Shown here: positions 38,741-49,632 of the stretch, piece by piece
Layout of the letters: each line of letters opens with the position of its first letter
How positions within the stretch are numbered: the stretch's first letter is position 1
Assembly: GCA_043228905.1 (NCBI GenBank)
Contig: JBHGNT010000016.1
Location: 1,054,001 to 1,118,000 of the forward strand
DNA from: Azolla caroliniana
Lineage: Eukaryota > Plantae > Polypodiophyta
Length of the DNA: 64,000 nucleotides
Direction: 5' to 3'
Notes under the pieces: generated by a model
What the model was told of the DNA's origin: nothing
Seen by the model: only the letters and a program-made list of their open reading frames with translations
The model's database searches: none
Made by a program: the position numbers and the translations under genes

Positions 38741-39194
38741 TATAGTGTAGATTGTATGTATTTCCTTTTCATATACAAATTATAGACGAAACAACCATAG
38801 AAAACCATGTGCACAAAACCATGGTTTTAAACCCATGGTTTGTGCATGACATAAGCAAAACCGTGTGCACAAAACCATGGTTTTAGCCCATGGTTTTGTG
38901 CATGTCACGAGCATGGAAAGACCTATAAAAGCCTCTAGTTGGGCTTGTGTAAGGGGGGCTCAATATGTGATATCACCAACACCATTATCATCAATATAAT
39001 TATATTTGTCTTTATCTTCTTCATTATTTTCTACTTCTCAAGTGTACAATCTTTCTTCTTCTCAAGTGAACAAATTCCGTCTAATCTTACATTGATCGTC
39101 ATCTCTTCGATAATTCCGCGAACATCCTCCCCAGTCCAAGACCCCGGTGGTCGCTCGAGTAGCACACGCACGCGCGAATCTTCGCGACATCATT

Positions 39195-39212
39195 TGGTGA
39201 ACCCGACGTGAA
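39195..39212 (+). other. Primer binding site complementary to the tRNA-Trp 3' end
   Basis: TGGTGAACCCGACGTGAA is the reverse complement of TTCACGTCGGGTTCACCA, which I recall as the plant cytosolic tRNA-Trp(CCA) 3' end. Confidence 0.85.
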
Positions 39213-39233
39213 GAGCAGCAGGGGAGGACGAAG

Positions 39234-41459
39234 ATGGATGTCGAATATCTCATGGAGGCAATGTCAAGAAGGATGATGGAGTTTCTGAGAGAAGAGAAAA
39301 GAAGAAATGAAGCCCAACAAGCCGTCGACAAAGTAGTCGAACGAATGAGCTATTTCAATGGTGCCGAAGTCCAAAGTTTCCTAAAAGTCTACAATGCGGA
39401 GATGGATTCAAGAGGTGTGGACAAAGCTATGAGGCTAGAGTACTTTTGTCGGGTGGTGTCTCAACCGATCTTCAAACATGTAACAGAGCTTCTAGAAGCT
39501 CATGATTCGTGGGCGACTTTCGAGAAGGCTCTATTGGAGGAATATGACTATGAGAGACTAAAGGGACAAGATCGACGCAACTTCGACCAATGGGTGACAT
39601 CAGCGAAGACCCACCAAGGCGCGACACAAGCATTCGTAGACTTCGAGCATCATTTTTCTCAATTGTCGGAGCGGGAACAAAGATTGGTGGGGGTCGATAA
39701 GGTCCTTATGTTCGTGAAGTCAATCGATCGAATGGAAAGGATGGCGATCGGCCTCAAACTCGAAGAAGATGATGGTGCAAATGGCCTCATCGAGGATTGG
39801 AGCAAAGTGGAAAGTGTATGCCGACTACACGATAAGGGGCAAGCGAGAATATCGACGACAACAAGACGGCCCATGAGGGATGATCGAAGAGGGACGAGAT
39901 GCAACAACGCACCACCAACAAAAGAAATGAAGCTTAGAAGGGAGACAAAACCGAGGCGAATGGTGATCGAGGAAGAAGAGACCTCCCAACAAATGCGGGT
40001 TAATGAAGTGGCCAATGCAAAGGCTAAGGTTCGGTATGACGGTACCGAGAGAGAAGGTGTGAAACAAGTCACCTTCTTGTCTTACAAAGAAACGACGGCG
40101 AAGGAGGAGGCCGATGACTCGAGGACGGCGAACGCCACTTCGAGGGAGGATAAATGTTTTGGAACACGCATTGTGTACGAAACATCGGGTGATGACGGCG
40201 CAAGCATGAGAAAAGCTTGCATGATCGAGGGAGAAAAAGTGTTTGAGTCTGAAGAGATTGAGGAGGTAGCCATGACAAACGACATCAAGTCGGAGGTGGC
40301 TATGGACGAGTCGACAACGGATAGCCATGTCAAGACTTTCTCCACGATTGTTCCAAAGACTTCGGCGGTTGCGCCCATGTGCCAACGTGAGACCGGAGAG
40401 ACGGAAGGTGGTGACGGGAAGACAAAGGCCCAACACAAGGAGGAAGAAGATCGAGGAAGAAAGGATATCCCCACACCTATTCTAGAGACTTCGGCGATTG
40501 TGCACGTGCGCCAACGTGAGACCGGAGAGACAGAATGTGTGGACAAAAAAGAGGACGACCGGAAGGGCGATGAAGAAGACAAGGTAAATGTAAATGAACG
40601 AAGGGATTCCTTCACACTGGTTCCGGAGACTTCGGCAGTCGAGACCGTGTGTCGACATAAGACCGAAGATAAAGGAGGTGGCGAAGAGGAGACAATATGG
40701 CTCAAGGCGAGCATACACAGAGGGAAGGATATGGCCGACGTGGAGGCCAAGGATGAAGCTGCGGTTGAGTTCGATGGAGAGGTTGCATGCGGGAAGGAAG
40801 GAAGAGTCGAGAACCGGTTGAACCGGAAGACGATCCGGCCGGGATTCCGACCCGAACGAAGGAAGATCCACATGGGAGCCGATCGACCGGGGCCGACCCG
40901 GCCGAAACCTGATTCGGCGAAAATCGATCGGACGATTCCGATCCAAAAGGAGGCCGACCCAGCCAGAATCAATCGGTCGAGCCCGACTCGGGGAAATGTG
41001 AATGAAGACGAAGGCCAACCAAGCCAAGAAGCGATCGGTGGAGACCGATCCGGACAAGGGCAAACCCGGCCTAATCGGAGATCAACACGAACGATCTACA
41101 ATACCCAGTTGAAGACGGTGAGCGTGAGGAGTGGCCAGGAGTCCAATCGAAGGACACGCGCGGTGGACGAAGGAAGAGCGGTCGTATCGACGACATCGTT
41201 CGGTAGATCTACTACAACCGATCGGGGAAGAAGGTGTGAGCGCCGGATATGGTGGATCGGGTGGCTACGGTGGTTCGGTTGGAAAGATTGCGCATACTCG
41301 AAGTGGAAGACGAAGTCGACGAGCGTGCAGAGGAACTCGGTTGATCACCGTTGCCAAAGATCTCACCTCTTCACCTTTCTCGGCACATACCGGAGGATGT
41401 GCGGGTTTGGTGGGGGTGGATGTCGTGACGATTTTCGGCTACGGTGTGAAACCGAGTGA
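39234..41459 (+). CDS. Gag-like protein with a long acidic, disordered C-terminal extension (741 aa)
   Basis: Uninterrupted ORF starting ~20 nt after the PBS. The N-terminal ~200 aa look like a helical retrotransposon capsid (YFNGAEVQSFLKVYNAEM...SWATFEKALLEEY). No PR, RT, RH or IN motifs and no CCHC knuckle. The stop lies within the 3' LTR. Confidence 0.8.
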   Translation: MDVEYLMEAMSRRMMEFLREEKRRNEAQQAVDKVVERMSYFNGAEVQSFLKVYNAEMDSRGVDKAMRLEYFCRVVSQPIFKHVTELLEAHDSWATFEKALLEEYDYERLKGQDRRNFDQWVTSAKTHQGATQAFVDFEHHFSQLSEREQRLVGVDKVLMFVKSIDRMERMAIGLKLEEDDGANGLIEDWSKVESVCRLHDKGQARISTTTRRPMRDDRRGTRCNNAPPTKEMKLRRETKPRRMVIEEEETSQQMRVNEVANAKAKVRYDGTEREGVKQVTFLSYKETTAKEEADDSRTANATSREDKCFGTRIVYETSGDDGASMRKACMIEGEKVFESEEIEEVAMTNDIKSEVAMDESTTDSHVKTFSTIVPKTSAVAPMCQRETGETEGGDGKTKAQHKEEEDRGRKDIPTPILETSAIVHVRQRETGETECVDKKEDDRKGDEEDKVNVNERRDSFTLVPETSAVETVCRHKTEDKGGGEEETIWLKASIHRGKDMADVEAKDEAAVEFDGEVACGKEGRVENRLNRKTIRPGFRPERRKIHMGADRPGPTRPKPDSAKIDRTIPIQKEADPARINRSSPTRGNVNEDEGQPSQEAIGGDRSGQGQTRPNRRSTRTIYNTQLKTVSVRSGQESNRRTRAVDEGRAVVSTTSFGRSTTTDRGRRCERRIWWIGWLRWFGWKDCAYSKWKTKSTSVQRNSVDHRCQRSHLFTFLGTYRRMCGFGGGGCRDDFRLRCETE

Positions 41460-41540
41460 GACGAATAAACCAAGGATGTGCAACATTGCACATGCACTTA
41501 GCAAATAAACCTAGCCTAGTGGCACTTGAGTTCATACAGA

Positions 41541-41613
41541 GGGGTGCAAGCAAGGATTGAACCTTGCACCTCTAACATACAAGATAATTGCCTTACCACT
41601 AGGACAACTATCA
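41541..41613 (-). promoter_or_regulatory. Second copy of the tRNA-derived A/B-box module (3' LTR of the nested element)
   Basis: Same sequence as 38668-38740. Confidence 0.7.
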
Positions 41614-42062
41614 TATAGTGTAGATTGTATGTATTTCCTTTTCATATACAAATTATAGACGAAACAACCATAGAAAACCATGTGCACAAAACCATGGTTT
41701 TAAACCCATGGTTTGTGCATGACATAAGCAAAACCGTGTGCACAAAACCATGGTTTTAGCCCATGGTTTTGTGCATGTCACGAGCATGGAAAGACCTATA
41801 AAAGCCTCTAGTTGGGCTTGTGTAAGGGGGGCTCAATATGTGATATCACCAACACCATTATCATCAATATAATTATATTTGTCTTTATCTTCTTCATTAT
41901 TTTCTACTTCTCAAGTGTACAATCTTTCTTCTTCTCAAGTGAACAAATTCCGTCTAATCTTACATTGATCGTCATCTCTTCGATAATTCCGCGAACATCC
42001 TCCCCAGTCCAAGACCCCGGTGGTCGCTCGAGTAGCACACGCACGCGCGAATCTTCGCGACA

Positions 42063-43826
42063 ACGGCAATACTCCTCAAATTGCCCTCGGTATTCTCCTC
42101 CATTATCCGCTCGTATCGCTTTCAGCTTCTTGCCGGATTCCCTTTCCACTCTCGCGTGGAGTTCTTTGAAGACGCACAATACTTGGTCCTTTGTCTTCAT
42201 CGGTGCCGTCCACAGCTTCCGGCTATGGTCATCTATGAATGTCACGAAGTACTAGGCTCCGCCATGTGACTTCGTTTCTACTTGACACACGTCAGTGTGC
42301 ACCAACTCCAATGGTGCGCTACGTCTCGTCGGTGGCCTTGAGTGGAAGGAGGTTCGGTTCTGCTTACCAGCCAGACAGTCGGTACACTTCCCCAGGTGTA
42401 CGTGCTTTACCGGTATCAGATTGTCTTCGGCAAGCCTCTTCATCCCCTTCTCGCTCATGTGGCACAGTCTCTTGTGCCACAGCTCACCGTCAGTGTCAGC
42501 TGCCACGTTCAGCTCCTCCGGACATAGCCAGGAATTCATCAGGTACAGTGTGTTGATCTTCCGGGCCCGAGCTACTATCAGGCTCCCTTTGCTGAACTTC
42601 ATGACACCGTTCCGGATGCTACCCGTGTAGCCTTCATCGTCTAGCCTCCCGGTCGAAATCAGGTTCAATCGAACCTCCGGAACGTGTCGGACATCCTTCA
42701 ACAGCATCTTGCATCCGGTTGATGTCATCAGCCACACGTCTCCTATGCCGGCAATCCGGCATGTACCTTCATTTCCCATCCGGACACAGCCGTGCTCACT
42801 GGCTGTGTAGGATGAGAAGTATTTCTTCTCGGGGGTCAGATGGAACGACGCTCCGGAATCGACCACCCAGGTCATCTCTTCACCGGCAAGGTTCAGCTCC
42901 CTCTCTTCGGTAATGAGCATTATCTCTTCTTCACTTGCCGCGAGTGCCGTCGTTCCTTTCCGGTCCTGCCCTCGCCGATCCGGACCTCTCCGGTCCGTGG
43001 CTCCCCGGTATGCACCGTTTCGCTCCGGTGACTTCTTCGAATCGGTGTCGTCGGCTCCGTTGTCTTTTCGGTAATGCCGACAATTCTTTCGGAAGTGCCC
43101 CGGCTTCCCACAGTGGAAGCATGTGGGCCTTCCTCTTGACTGCGACCGGGTCCCCGACTTCTCCCGTCTTTGCGGACTCCGGTTCCGTTGTCTTCCCCGA
43201 TCCAATTCGGAAAGCAGCATCTTCGGATCGGAGGCCGGTTCTTTATCTCTCCGACGCGCTTCTTCGTTCAAAATGCTTGTCTTTATCATTTGTAGGGACA
43301 AGTTATCTTCGGTGCAGGAGGTGCTGAGAGTCACCACCAAGTTCTCCCAGCTTTCCGGCAATGTACACATCAGGATGATGGCTTGCATTGCATCTTCCAA
43401 CGGGAACTTGATCGCCGCAAGCTGGTTCACGAAACCCATGAACGTGCTTACGTGTTCCACCATACTCTCGTCGTCCCGGTACTTGAGGTTCACTATCTTC
43501 CTCATCAGGGAGGTCCGGTTCAACGCATTCTTCCTCTCGTAGAGGCCCGACAGCTTCCGCCACATCTCATATGCGTTGGTGTCGTTCGCCACATGTTGTA
43601 GAACGCTCACGTCGACGTATTGCCGAATGGTTGCAACGGCTTTCCGGTTCAGAAGCCTCCATTCCGTCTCAAGTACCCCCTTGGGTATTTCCGACCTGTC
43701 GATCGGTTCATACAGGTCCCGAACAATGAGCAGATCCTCCATCTTTATCTTCCAGTCGGCGTAGTTCTGCGCATTCAGCACCATCATCCCCGGCTGCCCG
43801 CTGCTGCCGCCTTCCATTTTCTGCAC
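42063..43826 (-). pseudogene. Copia gag-protease-integrase N-terminal part (in-frame TAG at 42252-42254)
   Basis: LNAQNYADWKIKMEDLL, knuckle CFHCGKPGHFRKNC, protease WVVDSGASFH, LWHKRLCHMS, LELVHTDVC; after the stop, YFVTFIDDHSRK...IRADNGGEY in the same frame. Confidence 0.95.
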
Positions 43827-43848
43827 TGCCGTCGCTCTGATACCACTT

Positions 43849-44524
43849 TGTTAGGAATTGACGCTTTCAAACCTTCACCTCTCGGCCACAACCGAGGAAA
43901 CACGGATCAATGCAGCAGTAAATCGAAAAACACAGAGAGAGAGACTCGAATGCACAGGGTTTAGCGTGAAAACCCTAGACGAGAAAAACCACGGGAGTGA
44001 AAAATACTCCAACTATCACTATACGCAGGGAATGTACAATGGCGAGCTGCAAGGCGACGACCTTGAGCTCGCTGTCCTCGCCACAGACGGCGGTATTACA
44101 CAGAGGCGTCTACCTCTTCCTTTATCTCTCTCTCTCTCGCTCTCTCTCTCGGCTGCTCTCACTTCGCTCCCTCTAAGTGGAAAACAGAAAAATGAGCAGC
44201 AACATACAGCAGTTTGCCCTAAGTCATATTTATACACATATGACTTTCGGGCTATTTACAAATATAGCCTCAAGGGCCCTTGGCAAACATATTCACACAT
44301 ATGTCCCCGCATCTGGATCTCTCTCCGGGTACATTCGTCATCCGGCTCCGTAACCGGGGTCTTCATCATCCGGCTCCGTAGCCGGGTCTTTATCCGGCTT
44401 CATGCCGGGTACTCTTCATCCGGCTTCATGCCGGGTACTCTTCATCCTCTGGTTCCGTAACCGTAACCGGGCTTGCCGTCATTCATTTCCGGACATCCCA
44501 TCCGGAGGGACCGAAATCCCAACA
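43849..44524 (-). repeat. 5' LTR of the copia element
   Basis: Adjacent to the PBS. Minus-strand TATAAATA at ~44227-44234 and CCGG-rich ~25-bp repeats in U3. Confidence 0.97.
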
Positions 44525-47076
44525 CTATAGACCCATTTGAAGAAGATTATCACTCAATTGCAAGATTTTCTCAACTCTGAAATTTATCAGGGGTTGAGTC
44601 TAACTTGACCAATTGTAGATATTAATTCCCTTCCATTGACATTTTTAAGTGCAATGATGGATGCACATTGATTCTCGATCAATGCTTCACACATATATGT
44701 ACATACATATATGCGTAGATATAGATTAGGTGTAAGCATTGACATGCATACATAGGCAGTATAAGCATGTGCTTTTGTTTATCTATAGATGTACTATCCA
44801 TTAACGTATGTGTCATATCTATGTCAATGTAAAAATGCAAGACTCATCTTACTTAGCAAAGCAATTTTCATGTAATTAGGCCACCTATTATTATATATAA
44901 AAGAGGAGGTAGTGAGTTCATGTAGTCTACTTTGTAAAGAGATCCATAAAGTCATAATGCAACTCAAACGATGCAAACTAGAGCATCCTCACAAGATTCC
45001 AAAACATCAAATTTTTTGACATATTTTGCTTGCTCCATAACTTGCATAATAGGGGAATCGGGATCGGATATATGAATCCATGACTTTATTGTGCATGTGT
45101 TTTCATTTCACGTATGTTACAAGTCCTAGTGTCCATTTTCTTCTCTTTCAATGCATACTTATGTTCAATCTTGCTTAAATATTCATTTACCTCCATTGAT
45201 GTTGATTACATAGTTTCAATTCATCCTCAAGTTGTGCAAGTTATGTTGATCGCATGTGAAACAAATTTTTTATGGATGCTCAATTTTGAACAACAAGAAG
45301 CTTTATTTTCCATTGTCCATCATGAATTTCCACAACTCTTGGATTGGTAATAATGGGTGTGTTAGGCTTTTCAATAATCCATGTATGCCTATTAGAGCTT
45401 GCCATTCTTCTTTAGGCCAATCATACAATAGGGTGTAGCAACTATATCATATCGTTGAGTGGCTGAATGAAGTCTACATGGGGAAGCTTAGTTATATCCC
45501 CCTTTACTTTCACAACATAATAAGGATTTAAATGATACCAAGGTGTTGAGCTAGGCCACTTGCATCAAATTTTTGGTTGGAATTTATTTATGACGGTCTA
45601 GTCAGGGGAACCAATCCCTGCATTTCCTCGTTTTACTAGGTGAAACACACCCTTGCATGCATTATTCAAAGATGTTGATGAGTTGTTGTCAACAAGGGCA
45701 CCTATAGACCCATGGTGATGTGAATGAACTGGGGATATCTACCCAAATGTAGCAACACCTTCCACCTCTCTAGACTAGAAGGCCTTGAAATGAAGACCAA
45801 TTGCATCTATAGAGGCCCAAATGAAGTTCCTCCACAAACATACAATACATAAAAAGCTCCCCCCATCTTTAAAAAAAAAATAGTCCTCTAATTTTGCCTT
45901 TACCACACACTCTATTGTTATACTTGAGAGTTTACTTTCATTTTTATCATGCATTGCGTCTAATCACTTTTCTCCATTGTTTTACATTTTTTGTCCCAAT
46001 GGGGTTTGAACTCAATACCTCTAATTTGACCATCATATCCCCTTTCTACATTGTTTTCCATTTTTAGTCCCAATTGGGTTTGAACCCAATACCTCTAATT
46101 TGACCATCACACACTTTAAACAATTGAGCAAGTATTATATATATATGAATCATTATGTATATTCATAATCGAACAAGTTGCTAGATACTAAGCTTTATTA
46201 ACCTAATAAACATTTTGAACGAAAATTCTACATGATTGAAGATGGTCATACTAGAAGCACATTGAATAATAATTGTCTGGCATATTGATGTATTTATTAA
46301 TATATGTATATGCCAACTTACAACTCTAAAGCATTCTATGGATGTATTTATAATTGTCAGTTTGTCACTCAAGGGTTTGCATGCTGTAGAAGCAAAGCGC
46401 AAATAAGAGAGTGAAAACTCAATGGTACCAAATGCCTCATTGAATATGGTCTGATATGAGATCTAATTTTCAGTCTAGGCAGAACCCGAGAAATACTAGA
46501 AACACCAATTTATATCCCTAGGATACTCCCAAATGCAGGCATACAAGCATATATCCCAACAACGAAGTAATACATAATTTTGAACATATAGCAAGTGGAG
46601 ACAAATCACAATTCTACTAGTTAATTCATCCTTTCATCCTCAAAATGTATTTTGAAAATGCAATATGCATTCCACTTTGAAACAATGTTGGCACTTATAC
46701 AATTCTCAAGCAGGAACATATGTACCAACATTCTAGTATACATCATCCATCCTCTAGTAGATGGTTTAGAATTTATGTTCAATATTATACATGTGGATTC
46801 TTGAGAAGAATCCAAAAGAATCTTTATATATTCTTTCCAATGCTGATCACTTCAAAAGCTGTTAGTTTCACACCAGAATGGGTATCATTGAAAGTGTGAT
46901 TGATTTTTTGAAGAGTCATGTGTTGAGACATTTCCATTAATTGCTTCCAATACACATGCAATAACTGTGAAGAAATCAAAATGTTACAACAAAAATCAGA
47001 ACTTTTGTGTTCGTATGAGATTTCAGACTTGATAATTACCTTCACAAATGAACATTTGATGACTTCTACGAAGCAT

Positions 47077-49342
47077 TTAATCCCAGCCACCTTTTCGATT
47101 CGCTTTCTTCAATGAAGCCTTTTTCTTTGTATCTAGCCTTCTTTCATTCTCAATTCTTGCCCTGAAAATTTTCAGATATACATGCAGATATCAAGTTTCA
47201 CAACAACAAGAAAGCACAGATTTCCACTAACAATCACTAGCATTATCTGTAACAAAAGAAACATTGGCCACTTTATATGACATAAATGGACAAGACCGGT
47301 ACATCTGATTGTAAGTCATTGAGGATCCAACATCTCTTGACAACTACTGCTCTATCAATCAATTCATCATTGTCATCATCATGCATACCTATGTGCATCA
47401 TATCATTCCAAATGCATTTAGTTCTACTGATATTGGTCCGAAAACCAAACGTCAAGTCACATTATGAATTTTCTCATTCCATCCATATGAAAACATATTC
47501 TTTACTTACAATCTATTTATCTTGCTTTTTGTCTGCTCTGAAGGAGGTGGTGGAACATAAGCGGCGGCATCAATCAAATCCTGCATTCAAACAAGTAAAC
47601 ATCTTCATCATACTATTATGATTCATTTCTAAACAGACATATGTGAATCGCACCTCCAGATATTACCTGAAGCTTAGAGAGAGCATCTTCAATGTTCCCT
47701 CTGTTATAATTAATTGAATAAAAAGAAAAAAAGCAATCAAATATCAAATGCAAATATGTGGGCTGGAAGCTCAAGGAAAGCGCAACTCAAACTTACTTCT
47801 GCGTCCTAGTTTTTGTTGACGTTATGACCAGTTCACCTTGGCTGTTAATTCGATTCTTTTCCTGCATGAAACATAGATGGTAAAGCTTAATAAAATAAGC
47901 AACATAAGATCAAGCTTTAGGAAGAAAAAAAACAAGATCAGCGCAATAGCTAGCATTGTAGTTGAGCTTATCGACAGAAAATTTTGCAAAATTTTATATA
48001 TGGAACTACTAAGCTAGTGGTAAATATATCTAACAAAATGGACAAATAAAGATTTGAGAGTAAAACCATTTGTAAGAGTTTCTCCCTGATCTTTTGAGGT
48101 AACCAGTCCGCGGTCTCAACATTGAAGCGCATATCTACTTTTGTATTCACTGTATAGACACAAACAGCGAAGAATGTGAAAAGGTAAAACAAACCAAAAA
48201 TAAAACAAGGCAGATAGACATTAATCAGCATTCAGACCAAAAAAAGGGACTCTTCAAAACCTTTATTAACATTCTGCCCTCCAGGTCCTCCACTTCTGGC
48301 AAAATTCACAGTTACATGCTCTGCACATAAAAGTGTCACTCTCACATGAAGCACTGTTAAGACTGAATTGTATTATATTAATCATCTTAACCATGTCAAT
48401 CCTGTTCTCTCTCACTCTATCCGTTATTAATAGTTTCCTTCGCTGTATATATTTCCATGTTAGCCTTGTATCATATTATGCTCAGTGAATAACACCAATA
48501 AGAAAGAAAACACTATCGACTGGTAGTTACATATGTTTTAGCTGTAAACAGCACAATCAAACTGTTAAAACTAATGCTAATGAGCATATCATTCAGCTAT
48601 TTGATTTCTCCCCCAGACTCACTTGCAAACACCGCATTTGAAATAAGTTAATGCAAATGCTAAACAAATATGCTGATAGCTATTCAAATTTCTCCCTCCT
48701 TGGTGTAACTGAACTGAAGCTAAAGAGGAGAGTAAGAGACGCACGATTTCATACGAAAGAAAAGTAAGGTTCAAGCCAAATGAGGATACTGTTGAGCAAG
48801 AACCACCTCATTTTACATGTCGTGTTTGTATAGTCCATAAATCTCCAGTTACATGACTAAAGCAAATGATTTATGGCATTGATCATTGTTGTTGCCTCCT
48901 TGGGAGAAGTAATATTGAATTATTGGTGACGAAATGTTGACCTCAAAAGAGAGAGAGAGAGGAGAATGACCTAGCTCTTAAGATTGATTTACGGTAGGGA
49001 TTAAGCCACAGGTGAGCATTTGATAAGAAAATAAAGAAACATTTTCACGGGATATAAGTATGTATTTAGGAGAATTTTTTTGTCAAAAACCAGAGTAGAT
49101 GAGAAGACACCTAGAGAGACTTTGGGTATTTGCACGGCTTCGGAGCTCCGTGATTCGGAGTCCTCGAGGAGGCGCCGGGTCTGCGCGAGCCGAGAAGGTG
49201 CACGTGGCTGCTCCGACGCAGAGCAGAAGCATCGCAGTGTCTTGTATCGAGGAAGAAGAGAGGAGAAGGAGGAGCGAGCGGCGATGGAGGTCGTTGCTGG
49301 GAAGGCGAGGCGGAGCAGAGCAGCCCTCGCGATCGTGGCCAT
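47077..49342 (-). CDS. ICT1: Codon-independent peptidyl-tRNA hydrolase, ICT1/ArfB (YaeJ) family, organelle-targeted; 7 exons
   Basis: Transit peptide MATIARAALLRL.... Then [28 protein letters not shown] (GGQ motif), EKNRINSQGELVITSTKTRTQK, NIEDALSKLQ and a basic tail ERRLDTKKKASLKKANRKGGWD*. Introns are GT-AG. Confidence 0.93.
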
Positions 49343-49552
49343 GGAGGAGGAGGAAAGCAGAGAAACAGAGAGACAGAAAGAAAACAGAGCATATATACAT
49401 TGTACATAATACATATATGTATATGTTATTTCGTGTGTTGTGTTTTTTTGTGAACAAAGTGGAACAGGGGATTTCGGGACACAAAAGAACTTGGCTTGGC
49501 TTTGTTTTTGGTTGTGTAATTTCCGTTCCGTCTGACCTTCGGAGCGAGACAT

Positions 49553-49632
49553 TCATCGGTCATGGGTCATCAGTCTCCAGGTCATGGCTCATGGGTCATG
49601 GGTCGTCGGGTCGTCGGTCATCGGTCATCGAT
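49553..49632. repeat. Degenerate 7-bp tandem repeat (GGTCATS) upstream of ICT1
   Basis: catcggt/catgggt/cgtcggt units repeated about 10 times. Confidence 0.75.

Larger units (their letters stand above)
38548..42062 (+). mobile_element. Nested non-autonomous Gag-only LTR element (TR-GAG-like, probably Ty3/gypsy-derived), antisense in the copia integrase
   Basis: 642-bp LTRs at 38548-39189 and 41421-42062 (TGTCGTGA...TCGCGACA; no mismatch seen by eye). TSD ACGG. PBS at 39195-39212 and a G-rich PPT-like tract before 41421. Removing the element restores copia FEEYCRSMGIRLEFT. Confidence 0.96.
35550..44524 (-). mobile_element. Young full-length Ty1/copia LTR retrotransposon (Tto1/Tork-like), disrupted
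   Basis: 676-bp LTRs at 35550-36225 and 43849-44524 (TG...CA; one mismatch seen, 36077/44376). 5-bp TSD CTATA. PBS TGGTATCAGAGC (tRNA-iMet) at 43834-43845 and PPT at 36226-36240. Domain order gag-PR-IN-RT-RH. Confidence 0.98.

Noticed and set aside
36251-43964. Many overlapping alternative-frame and antisense ORFs within the retroelements
   Set aside because: Expected shadows of GC-rich coding sequence, with no independent motifs.
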